Source: Octopus bimaculoides
Taxonomy: Eukaryota
DNA length: 60,399 nt
Reading direction: 5' to 3'
NCBI RefSeq assembly: GCF_001194135.2
Contig: NC_069003.1
Location: forward strand, 11,288,121 to 11,348,519
Below, piece by piece: positions 25,376 to 37,195 of the stretch. Each line of letters opens with the position of its first letter. The first letter of the stretch is position 1. The notes under the pieces are model-generated. The model was not told where the DNA came from. It saw only the letters and a list, made by a program, of their open reading frames with translations, and made no database searches. The position numbers were made by a program, and so were the translations under genes.

Positions 25376-26245
25376 NNNNNNNNNNNNNNNNNNNNNNNNN
25401 NNNNNNNNNNNNNNNNNNNNNNNNNNNNNNNNNNNNNNNNNNNNNNNNNNNNNNNNNNNNNNNNNNNNNNNNNNNNNNNNNNNNNNNNNNNNNNNNNNNN
25501 NNNNNNNNNNNNNNNNNNNNNNNNNNNNNNNNNNNNNNNNNNNNNNNNNNNNNNNNNNNNNNNNNNNNNNNNNNNNNNNNNNNNNNNNNNNNNNNNNNNN
25601 NNNNNNNNNNNNNNNNNNNNNNNNNNNNNNNNNNNNNNNNNNNNNNNNNNNNNNNNNNNNNNNNNNNNNNNNNNNNNNNNNNNNNNNNNNNNNNNNNNNN
25701 NNNNNNNNNNNNNNNNNNNNNNNNNNNNNNNNNNNNNNNNNNNNNNNNNNNNNNNNNNNNNNNNNNNNNNNNNNNNNNNNNNNNNNNNNNNNNNNNNNNN
25801 NNNNNNNNNNNNNNNNNNNNNNNNNNNNNNNNNNNNNNNNNNNNNNNNNNNNNNNNNNNNNNNNNNNNNNNNNNNNNNNNNNNNNNNNNNNNNNNNNNNN
25901 NNNNNNNNNNNNNNNNNNNNNNNNNNNNNNNNNNNNNNNNNNNNNNNNNNNNNNNNNNNNNNNNNNNNNNNNNNNNNNNNNNNNNNNNNNNNNNNNNNNN
26001 NNNNNNNNNNNNNNNNNNNNNNNNNNNNNNNNNNNNNNNNNNNNNNNNNNNNNNNNNNNNNNNNNNNNNNNNNNNNNNNNNNNNNNNNNNNNNNNNNNNN
26101 NNNNNNNNNNNNNNNNNNNNNNNNNNNNNNNNNNNNNNNNNNNNNNNNNNNNNNNNNNNNNNNNNNNNNNNNNNNNNNNNNNNNNNNNNNNNNNNNNNNN
26201 NNNNNNNNNNNNNNNNNNNNNNNNNNNNNNNNNNNNNNNNNNNNN

Positions 26246-26520
26246 TCCACGGGTTCCCTCAACTGTTAGGGTGTGGCACTTTTTCAGGCAGCTATCCTCA
26301 TCCATTCTCACCACATGTCCATACCAGCGCAATCGTCTCTCTTGCACACCACAACTGATGCTTCTAATGTTCAGCTTTTCTCTCAAGATACTTACACTCT
26401 GACGGGTATTCACATTGACATTACACATCCAACGGAGCATACTGGCTTCATTCCTTGCGAGCTTACGCATGTCCTCAGCAGTTACAGCCCATGTTTCACT
26501 GCCATGTAGCATGGCTGTTC
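26246..26520 (-). mobile_element. RTE-clade LINE C-terminal fragment
   Basis: MLHGSETWAVT...ASMLRWMC...RRLRWYGHVVRMDEDSC. Confidence 0.9.
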
Positions 26521-27580
26521 GTACACATTATATATTCTTTTCTACTCTAGGCACAAGGCCCAAAATTTTAGGGGAGGGGTGCCAGTCGATTAGATTGACA
26601 CCAGTACGCAACTGCTACTTAACTTATCGACCGCAAAAGGATGAAAGCAAAGTTGACCTCGGCAGAATTTGAACTCAGCGCGTAAAGACAGATGAAATAC
26701 CGCTAAGCATTTTGCCTGGCATGCTAACGTTTCTGCCAGCTCGCCATCTTATATCTTTTTTTTTATTGTTATTGTGAAGCAATTAGCTTCCTGAATTCTT
26801 ATATAGGATTCAAAAGCCAATCTAAAGTTTGCTCTGAATCACTTCCTTATGTTCTCGACCTTTGCATTGAGAATTTGATGAGTCCTATTATCTTCCATGA
26901 AAACATATCTCTCTCTCTCTCTCTAACGCTCACCCTCTCTACATGTCAACCCAGTCAAAGAGGTAAATTCTATTACTTTCTCTCTCTCCTTCTTCTGTTC
27001 ATCTCATAGTAGTCACCTAATTACCTACAAAATGGACAACAGAACTTCAACTTATCTATACACTAGCACATCTCAAAGCAGTTTTTGTTTTTATATTGTA
27101 ATGGTAAAATAATAGCCTTTTCAACTATTATTTTTCCTCTGTCATTTATTCAATGGACTTTAAAATAAAATCAATTTATCTTTTACACACTTTGTGATGC
27201 CCAACAATCGAACTTTAATCTGTCTATATCTCAACTGAAGCACAACATATAAACAACCACACATAACCATTACAATTGTTATACCATGCTAGCAGGGGTT
27301 AGACAAAGGATCATCAAACATCTTATCAAATCATTGCCCTGTCCATAGAATCATAAACATCATAGTTGTAAATGAGTGTCACCTTCATACAACCGATGTA
27401 TTTCATTTCTTATCTTCCATGAAAACATATCTGGCCATGTTGGAAATATTACCTTGTTTGGAAACAGGTGAGGTTTGGTGACAGGATGGACATCCAGCCA
27501 TAGGATATCTACCCCCAACAAATTCTGTCCAACTCATGCAAGCCTGGAGAAGTGGACATTAAAACAATGATATTTATATA

Positions 27581-27934
27581 GACGTAGGAGTGGCTGTGTG
27601 GTAAGTAGCTTGCTTACCAACCACATGGTTCCAGGTTCAGTCTCACTGCATGGCACCTTGGGTAAGTGTCTTCTACTATAGCCTCAGGCCGACCAAAGCC
27701 TTGTGAGTGGATTTGGTAGACGGAAACTGAAAGAAGCCCGTTGTATATATGTATATGTGTGTGTCTGTGTTTGTCCCCCCACCATCGCTTGACAACCAAT
27801 GCTGGTGTGTTTACATCCCCGTAACTTAGCGGTTCAGCAAAAGAGACCAATAAAATAAGTACTAGGCTTACAAAGAATAATTCCTGGAGTCGATTTGCTC
27901 GACTAAAGGCGGTGCTCCAGCATGGCCGCAGTCA
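27581..27934 (+). mobile_element. Near full-length family-A SINE
   Basis: Complete head, CORE-like block, internal microsatellite and 3' GGCGGTGCTCCAGCATGGCCGCAGTCA; similar + copies at 23816-24117, 36219-36575 and 57991-58200. Confidence 0.88.
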
Positions 27935-28221
27935 TAACAGGCCTAAATATTCTACTTGTTTTAAGTACAAATTGATTAGATGATGTCTCTCACACCTACC
28001 CTATGATGCCATTCTGAATATAAACAATCACCTCATCAAAATCTCAAAGCTCTGCGATAATGCATGATAAATTCAAAATGTTGTAAATGAATAAACATTG
28101 CATTTAACAGTGAAATCTGAATGCTGAAGGGCTAAATGGGAACAAGCTGTTCATACCATCAGCAAAATGGTATAGATCTAAACTTGTAGCTTTAGACATA
28201 TTGCTTATGTGAATTATGTGG

Positions 28222-28430
28222 AGGTGCATGGCTTAGTGGTTAGGGTGTTGGACTCATGATCGTAAGATTGTGATCTTGATTCCTGGACTAGGCAACGTGT
28301 TGTGTTCTTCAGTAAAATACTTCACTTCATGTTGCTCCAATCCACTCAGCTGGCAAAAATGAGTAATCCTGTGATGGACCAGAGTCCCATCCAGGTGGGT
28401 AATATATGTGCCATGGGAACCAGGAAATCG
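28222..28430 (+). mobile_element. tRNA-derived SINE (GCATGGCTTAGTGGTTAGGG head family)
   Basis: Recurring head and TTGCTCCAGTCCACTCAGCTGGCAAAAATGAGTA body; other copies near 32362-32660, 38203-38520 and 42713-42900. Confidence 0.8.
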
Positions 28431-29875
28431 GCCCTTATGAGCCGGTATGACTCAAAAAGGGAACTTTACCTTTTTACCTTTATGTGTATTCCAGAAAGGA
28501 ACAGTCTAAGTATTTATCCTGTAGTATTTAAACCGGCCATATCCGGCCCAAATATTCTACCTGTTTTATGTTCAAACTGACCAGATCAGGCCTCTCACAC
28601 CTACTCTGCAATGTCATTCTAAAAATAAATAATCGCATCATTGAAACCTCAAAGTACAAGATGATGCAAGGTTGTTTCAAATCAATGTGAATAAATAAGC
28701 ATTACATTTGACAGAATGATCTGAAGGCTAAAGGGTTAAATCAACCAGATCTGGGCACTCACACTTATCCTACAATGTTATTCTAAAAATATAGAATCAC
28801 ATCATTGAAATCTGAAAACTATGAGATAATACATGATTAATTCAAAACAATGTGAATAAATAAGCATTACGCCTTTCAAAACATTCATCCTCATCATCGT
28901 TTAACGTCCGCTTTCCATGCTGGCATGGGTTGAACGATTTGACTGAGGACTGGTGAAACCAGATGGCTACACCAAGCTCCAATCTGATTTGGCAGAGTTT
29001 CTACAGCTGGATGCCCTTCCTAACACCAACCACTCTGAGAGTGTAGTGGGTGCTTTTACGTGCTAAAGGATTAAGCTGGTGCTTGGAGCCTAAATTAACA
29101 TGAAATTTTGATAGATGAAGCTTTTAATTTCAATCACTTTAACCTTTTAGCATTCAGATTATTCTGTCAAACATAATACTTATTTATTCACATTCATCAT
29201 CATCATCATCGTCATCGTCATCATTTAGCATCCGTTTTCCATGCTGGTGGGGGTTAGATGGCTTGACTGGAACTGGTAAACCAGAAAGCTGCACCAGGTT
29301 CCAGTCTGCTTTGGCATGGCTTTTGCAGTTGCCCTTCCTAACGCCAACCACTCCAAGAGTGTAATGTATGCTTTTTATGTGCCACCAGCACAGGTGCCAT
29401 TTACATGGCACCGGTGAAAGCCATGACTATGATTTCATATGGCTTGTCAAGTCTTCTCAGGCACCACATATCACCAGAAGGTCTCAGTCACTTGTTATCA
29501 CTCACATGAGGCCCCTTTGAATTAATCACACATCATTTTGTAGCTTCAAGATTTTAATGGTGTGTTTGTATATTTTTAGAATGGCATTGTAGGATAGGTA
29601 TGAGAGGTTGGCTCTGGTCAGTTTTAACATCAAACAGTTAGAACATTCGGGCCAGATTAAATACTAATGGATTAAAACAAGAAGGTTGTATTATAGAACC
29701 AGAATCAGTCTAAGGCTGGTTGGTATCAAGAGGGTTAAAGCAATGTTAGTATTCACCACCCCATATTTAATATGTCTTTACAGTATACCTATGTGTGTTT
29801 TATTAAACTTTTTTATGTTTCGTTTTTATTTCAAATTTATTTATGCATTTGTTTTTCTTTTTTCTCTATTGTTAG

Positions 29876-29973
29876 CCTGTCGGGGTCGTTGATGGCAATG
29901 TGGTGAGGGTATTAAGTCGGTTACGTGCAATTGGAGCTAACAGTGATGACCCTCAGGTGGTTGACACATTCTG
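29876..29973 (+). CDS. MUTYH: MUTYH exon with catalytic Asp (PVGVVDGNVVRVLSRLRAIG...DTFW)
   Basis: VVDGNV.RV motif; ttAG acceptor and GTATGT donor; 98 nt, phase 2. Confidence 0.95.
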
Positions 29974-30306
29974 GTATGTAGCATTGTTATTATGTTCACT
30001 CTCTCTCTTCCTATATATATATATATATATATATATCACAGGGTGTCCACAAAGTCTGGGTACATGGGGATTAACACATACTTTAAGAAATTATTATTTC
30101 TTATATTTAATTGTTTATGTTATGATTTTATTTACTCCATGTATCCAGACTTTGTGTTTTTCTCCTTGTCTCCGTATTCTTTCTGTTGAAGAGCATAGCT
30201 TGAGAAACGTCAAAGACTTTCCGTATTCCCGAGCGTCATACTAATATATACTTTTGTTATTTACACCACCTGTCCTCGTCTGTTGTTATTATTTGTATAT
30301 TCTCCC

Positions 30307-30337
<31 letters not shown>

Positions 30338-30354
30338 GACATACACACACACAC

Positions 30355-30960
30355 AAGGGTTGGCTGAAGAGTTCATAGACTGGCCAAGATACTCTCATGG
30401 ATTGTAACTAAATGAGGTTTATTTTTCAACATGGTCTCTCTTGCAGTCCATAAACATTTTACATTGGTGTTGCAAGGCTTGAATCCCATTGCTGTTGGTC
30501 AAAAAAGTCATCAACAACAGATATGACATCATCATTGCAATACTGGTTCCCAGCCAAGTGTTTTTATCTTGGGAACAGTTGATAGTCAGATGGGGCTAAA
30601 TCAGGAGAATAGAGAGGGTGATCAACCAGTTCAAAGTCATGGCCACACACAGCAGCCATTGAAACCAAGGACTCGTGTGCTGGACCATTGTCCTAATGAA
30701 AAAAGACCTCTTTCATTAGTTTTCCTGGACGTTTGGCCTTGATAGCCTTTTCTAACTGCCTCAGGAAGTTGGCATAATATTCTCCATTGCTGGTATGGCT
30801 TTTTTGACGATAGTCAACAAACACAATGCTTTTTGCATCCCAAGTAACTGAGGCCATCACATACCCTGCAGATGAAATGATCTTGGTTTTCTTTAGAGCA
30901 GTTGAGGATAGGTGTTTCCACTGCGTGGATTGTCTCTTTGTCTCTGACTTAGGAAACATT
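30355..30960 (-). mobile_element. Mariner transposase 3' fragment
   Basis: ETKRQSTQWKH, SAGYVMASVTWD, NGEYYANFLRQL, FH*DNGPAH and YSPDLAPSD motifs; TIR-like end near 30355. Confidence 0.9.
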
Positions 30961-31157
30961 TAAGGAAACCAGCTGGATCTGTCTGAAACAATGTCAGATT
31001 TTCCCGTGATGTTATCAGCCTTGTGCGCTTTTGATCAGGTGTCAGAAGAGACTGAAACAAAACCATGTAGTTGTGAGTTGGACTTCTTTACCACTCAGCC
31101 ATGCCTGCTTGTGAAGTTTCTTTTCATTTTTTTCTATATATTTTTTCTTAATTTTAG

Positions 31158-31302
31158 GCAATTATCTGATAAACTTGTATCTCCTGATCAACCTGGTGAC
31201 TTTAACCAAGGCCTCATGGAGCTAGGGGCCACAGTGTGCACCCCAAAATCTCCAGCTTGCTCCTCCTGTCCACTCCAGAATATCTGTCATGCATACAAAA
31301 TG
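31158..31302 (+). CDS. MUTYH: MUTYH [4Fe-4S] cluster exon (PGDFNQGLMELGATVCTPKSPACSSCPLQNIC)
   Basis: C-x6-C-x2-C-x5-C FCL motif intact; 145 nt; AG/GT boundaries in phase. Confidence 0.96.
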
Positions 31303-31335
31303 GTAAACAGCTTCTTTTTCTTTACAACGACTTTA

Positions 31336-31376
<41 letters not shown>

Positions 31377-31615
31377 ATTATTATTATTATTATGAAGGCC
31401 GTGAGCTGGCAAAATTGTTAGCATGCTTAGCGGTATTTCATCTGTCTTTACGTTCTGAGTTCAAATTCCACTGGGGTCGGTAAATTAAGTACCAGTGAAA
31501 CACTGGGGTTGATGTAATCAACTAGTTCCCCCCACCAAAAAAAGAAAAAAATTTCAGGCATTGTGCTTATAGTAGATAGGATTATTATTATTGTTATTAT
31601 TATCTAAATATTGTA

Positions 31616-31851
31616 TGAGGGGGTACTGAAAAGTTCCTGGCTTTAAGAATATTGTGAAAGGCCAGTTTGGGGGCCCACCCTTCCGAGTTCTTTTACAGGA
31701 CTTAGAAAGACTGAAGGACTGCTGCAGTAAGTGTGTGAATCTGAGGGNNNNNNNNNNGGGGGGGGGGGGGATATGTTGAATAAAATCATAATTAACTGAC
31801 CCTCCTGTATTTTCTTTTACCCAAGGCCAAGAACTTTTCAGCAGCCCCTCA
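31616..31851. mobile_element. Mariner-derived MITE
   Basis: 26-bp TIR TGAGGGG(G/C)T(A/G)CTGAAAAGTTC(C/T)TGGC with TA TSDs; truncated second copy at about 47990-48150. Confidence 0.88.
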
Positions 31852-32213
31852 TACTAATGTTTATCTTAATTTTCCTTTACATATGTTCTGTATATCATAA
31901 CTAGTAACACTACTGCGTACAGTCGTCGACTAACTACCATACCAGAAGCAGACTGGATAATGATAATCTATATGGTGCTCTCATACAGCAGTTGTCATAC
32001 ATCTAACTGTACACACTCACACAGAGTCACACAATGGTCTTCTTTCATTTCCCATCTACAAAATCCACTTGAAGCTTTGTCCTGCCCAACATGCCATGCA
32101 GTGAGACTGAACCCAAAACTATGTGGTTGGAAAGTGAATGTCTTACCACACAGCCACACCTGCACCTCATTTTTCATATTTTTCATATTTTAATTTTATT
32201 TGGTTGTTTTCAG

Positions 32214-32292
32214 AAGATGAAAAATGAGCAATTAACTGGCAATACTCTGCTTCAACAAACCAAGAAAGACGATATTGTGGACATTGAATGTG
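32214..32292 (+). CDS. MUTYH: MUTYH interdomain-connector exon (KMKNEQ...DDIVDIEC)
   Basis: ttttcAG acceptor; ends DIEC G|GTATGT, like human DVEEC-A (phase 1). Confidence 0.85.
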
Positions 32293-33282
32293 GTATGTAC
32301 ACTTTGCTTATAACCCAAGGTGTTTGGATAGTTGTTGTGTTGTTCATATTCGGATGTTTTGGGTGGGTGCATGGCTTACTGGTTAGGGTATTCAATTGTA
32401 ACGTCATGAATTTAATTCCTGATGGCACATAATGTCCTTAAGCAAGACACTTTATTTCACACTGCTTCAGTCCACTCAGCTGACAAAGTTGAGTTGTACC
32501 TGTAATTCAAAGGGCCAGCCATGTCATGCTGTGTCCCCCGGAGAACTATGCTAAGGGTTACACGTATCTCTGGAGTCTCAGCCACATTCACATTAATTTC
32601 ATGAGCAGACTGTTCTGTTGATCAGATCAACTGGAACCCTTATTGTAACCAATGGAGTGCCAATTTGATGGGAATAGGATGATCTCCATGTCACCTGTAA
32701 ATGAGCAAGACCTATCTATACAAACCAGACTTTGAATGTGGCATGTGTTTTTCTTTTTTTCTTTTTTTTTTTTTTCACTAAGAACTACAGGGTTTTGGGG
32801 CTAAATTTGACAATTTGCATAAAAGGCAAAAACACAATACCCCATCCAAAAATAAAGTATTTTAACAACTCAAAACACATCAACTAGATTATGGCTGGGA
32901 GATAACAGTTTACTCAAAGAAGCCTCACTCAGCTTCCACCACAGCCCCAAGACGGCTCCAGAACCTGGCATATGCATTCCTCACTGTGTCCCTGAGAAGA
33001 TCTTCAAACACATCTTTGATCTTGGCCAAACAGTTCGTGACTTTCTCAACTGCACCCCATTCATGGGATTACCATTAGGAGGCCAGAAACTGGGACTAGT
33101 GAAATCACAAAAATACTCCAACAACCACTTTTGACTCTTACGAGAGGTATGTCAAGGAGATGAATTCTGCTGTTACACATGTGGCCTTCCAGCAACCCTC
33201 TCTACCCAGGGTTTGACTACAGTTTCCAGTAGCTTCACATGGCTGTCTGAACTGAACCTAAGGCCTTGTTCAAAGAAGTGTA

Positions 33283-33965
33283 GGATATTTCAACTTGGCA
33301 ACTTCAGAAGTTGACAAATTATTAAATTGTCAGCATGCAAAACCAACAAAACAGTCTCTTTGTGGTTAATCAGCCTACTAGAAATAGCAGCTAAATTTCT
33401 TCAAATCACAGCTTACTGTCTTTAAAAAATGGTCACATTAGATCACCCTTACTGGAGACACACCTAAAGACCCTCACAGTTTGGGGGAACTTGGTTTTTC
33501 ATGATCTCCATGTCATGTTTTATTGTTTTTACAGTGTTCACAGGGCACTGAGCAACATTTTGATACCTGGTTCGAATTATGATACAGGTAACTCTTTTCC
33601 AATATTTAGACACCTTCCATTCCTCCATGTCAGCTATCTTTTTCTCAACTACAACTTTAATCTTTATGCTCTCCAACGCCATTCACTGTTCACCAAAATA
33701 TCAAGCAGTTCTTGAAAAAAAAGGACGCATAAAAAATCGTCAAATTTAGCCCAAACACCTTGTATTTGTTTTTTTTATTTTTGTTCTATATCTAGAATCA
33801 TTTGACCTAATGTGACCATTTTTTAAAGACAGTAAGCTGTGATTTGAAGAAATTTAGCTGCTATTTCTAGTAGGCTACTTAACCACAAAGAGACTGTTTT
33901 GTTGGTTTTGCATGCTGACAATTTGATAATTTGTCAACTTCTGAAATTGCCAAGTTGAAATATCC
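33283..33965. repeat. Long inverted repeat: arms 33283-33441 and 33807-33965
   Basis: 159-bp arms with 4 mismatches by eye; 365-bp spacer. Confidence 0.92.
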
Positions 33966-34175
33966 AGCTGTCCAAACACCGTAGAGAAGTTGGCCTGCGT
34001 GTCTGTTCCAGTGGTTTGCAACTTTTTCACCACCAAGTCCCCCTTCATCATTAATAGTGTCCTCTCCACCTACATTTTACATTGCTCATTCACCTAACCC
34101 CCACCTGACCAAAAAAATTATCTCCTCTTTTCCACCTACATACATCTTTCACTCTCTTCAAGCACTACATCTGTT

Positions 34176-34218
<43 letters not shown>

Positions 34219-36599
34219 GTCTGTCTCTCTCTCTCTCTCTCTCCTTGCTCCCACTCCTGCAACCTACTCAACCACATGACCACTCTCTCTCTCTCTTTTT
34301 CTCACAGTAGACAGGATAATAAACTTCCCCTATCTACTGTATCATCACTGCTATTCTTCTGCTCTTCACCCAGCCCTCTTTCTGCACTGTCAGTTATCTC
34401 CTACTCTCCCCAAGTCATATGTATCATTGGTCACCCCAACAACTCTTATTTACTATTCACCACATCTGTCCCCCAACGCTGTCCAATCTCTTCCCTACCC
34501 TCACCTCACTACTTATACTCTCAACACTTGACCTTCAATTATCTACATTCATCTCCCTCACCCATTCGCCATCTCTCACTTTCCCATTCACTCTTGCAGC
34601 CTCTCCAATCATTTCAGCCAGCACATGTGCCTATAGCAGAACAAACTATTATTATTATTTCATTTCAGGTTGCTCTGCAATCATTTCAACATCTGACACG
34701 TGGTACACTTGTGCACTAGTACAAGCAATGTCTATTTGATGGAAGGAGTAAGCTAATGTGTGGCACATATATTTTATCACTATAAACAAATCATTTGTGC
34801 TGGTCATTCAGCAAACACTAAACACTCCTACATCATCTTCGACATGAGAGTCCATTATTATTATTATTAATCATGATGGCACCACCATTCAAGTGTGATC
34901 ATTACCAGCATCGCCTTCCTGGCACTTGTGCCGCAGCTTCACGTTCCTGACACTTGTGCCGGTGGCACGTGAAAAGTCATTCGAGCGAGATCGTTGCCAG
35001 TGCCGCTGGACTGGCTCCTGTGGAGGTGGCACGTAAAAGCACCCACTGCACTCTCGGAGTGGTTGGCGTTAGGAAGGGCATCCAGCTGTAGAAACTCTGC
35101 CAAATCAGATTGGAGCCTGGTGTAGCCATCCGGTTCCACCAGTCCTCCGTCAAATCGTCCAACCCATACTAGCATGGAAAGCGGACGTTAAACGATGATG
35201 GTGATGTTTACTTTCTGTTGTGTTTTTTTTACCTCTCATTTTGTTTTTCTCCCATCAGCCACCCACAATTTAATAAGATGTTTCTCTCTCTCTCTCTNNN
35301 NNNNNNNNNNNNNNNNNNNNNNNNNNNNNNNNNNNNNNNNNNNNNNNNNNNNNNNNNNNNNNNNNNNNNNNNNNNNNNNNNNNNNNNNNNNNNNNNNNNN
35401 NNNNNNNNNNNNNNNNNNNNNNNNNNNNNNNNNNNNNNNNNNNNNNNNNNNNNNNNNNNNNNNNNNNNNNNNNNNNNNNNNNNNNNNNNNNNNNNNNNNN
35501 NNNNNNNNNNNNNNNNNNNNNNNNNNNNNNNNNNNNNNNNNNNNNNNNNNNNNNNNNNNNNNNNNNNNNNNNNNNNNNNNNNNNNNNNNNNNNNNNNNNN
35601 NNNNNNNNNNNNNNNNNNNNNNNNNNNNNNNNNNNNNNNNNNNNNNNNNNNNNNNNNNNNNNNNNNNNNNNNNNNNNNNNNNNNNNNNNNNNNNNNNNNN
35701 NNNNNNNNNNNNNNNNNNNNNNNNNNNNNNNNNNNNNNNNNNNNNNNNNNNNNNNNNNNNNNNNNNNNNNNNNNNNNNNNNNNNNNNNNNNNNNNNNNNN
35801 NNNNNNNNNNNNNNNNNNNNNNNNNNNNNNNNNNNNNNNNNNNNNNNNNNNNNNNNNNNNNNNNNNNNNNNNNNNNNNNNNNNNNNNNNNNNNNNNNNNN
35901 NNNNNNNNNNNNNNNNNNNNNNNNNNNNNNNNNNNNNNNNNNNNNNNNNNNNNNNNNNNNNNNNNNATAGGGCGGTAAGGTGGCTGACACGTTAGCACAC
36001 CAGGCAAAATGCTTAGCGGCATTTCATGTCTTCACTTTCTGAGTTCAAATTCTGCCAAGGTCAACTTTGCCCCTCCTCCTTTTTGGGGTTGAAGTAATCT
36101 TTGCTCCTCCCCCAAATTTGCTGGCCTTGTAACAAAATTTGTAACCATTATTATTAATAGCTTTTTAATATCATTTATTTTCTTTCACTCAAAGTTATTT
36201 TATTTTTACTAATTAATGTAAGCTACTTACCAACCACATGGTTCCGGGTTCAGTTCCACTGCATGCCATCTTGGGCAAGTGTCTTCTACTATAGCCTTGG
36301 ATCGACCAAAGCCTTGTGAGTGAATTTGGTTGACGGAAACTGAAAGAAGCCCGTTGTATATATGTATATATATGTGTGTCTGTGTTTGTTTCCCTCAACA
36401 TCGCTTGACAACTGATGCTGGTGTGTTTTCGTCCCCATAACCTAGTGGTTCGGCAAAAGAGACCGATTGAATAAGTACTAGGCTTAGAAAGAATAAGTCC
36501 TGGGGTCAATTTGCTCAACAAAAGGCGGTGCTCCAGCATGGCTGCAGCCAAATGACTGAAACAAATAAAAGAGTAATGTCACTCACTCATTAAAAGACT

Positions 36600-37195
36600 A
36601 CGGCTGTGCAGTTAAGAAGTTCTCTTTGCATCCACTTTATTTTGAGTTCAATCCCACTAGTAGTACCTTGGGCCAGTGTTTTTACTATGCCTTGTGAGTG
36701 AATTCGGTAGGCAGAAACTGTGAGGAAGCCTGTCAATTGATTCTTCTTTGTGTTTGCATTTGTCCTCTACCACCACTTGACTGGTGTTGGTTTGTTTATG
36801 TCCATGTAACTTAGTAGTTTGGCAAAAGAAACTGATAGAATAGTTTCTGTGAGCTGGCAGAAACATTAGCACGCCGGGCGAAATGCTTAGTGGTATTTCA
36901 TCTGCTGTTACGTTCTGAGTTCAAATTCCGCTGAGGTCAACTTTGCCTTTCATCCTTTTGAGGTTGATAAATTAAGTACCAGTTACGCACTGGGGTCGAT
37001 GTAATCGACTTTATCCCTTTGTCTGTTCTTGTTTGTCCCCTCTATGTTTAGCCCCTTGTGGGCACTAAAAAAAAAAAAAGAAACTGATAGAATACGTACC
37101 AGATTTAAAAAAAAAGTACTAGGCTTAGCTTGTTCAACTAAACCCTTCAAGGTGGTGCCCCAGCATGGCCACAGTCCAAGGACTGAAACAAAAAA
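36600..37195 (+). mobile_element. Family-A SINE with nested family-B SINE at 36843-37075
   Basis: 19-bp TSD AAAAGAAACTGATAGAATA at 36824-36842 and 37076-37094. Confidence 0.85.

Noticed and set aside
28943-28965. CTGAGGA-CTGGT-GAAACC in family-C SINEs as a hammerhead core
   Set aside because: Helix II is too short, and there is no NUH triplet or helix I pairing.
33464-33682. ORF in the inverted-repeat spacer as a transposase or RT
   Set aside because: No diagnostic motif recognised; needs a database search.
34669-34740. Candidate for the missing MUTYH exon (GCSAIISTSDTWYTC)
   Set aside because: No CxxC, no suitable donor in the required phase, and the sequence looks like a dispersed repeat.
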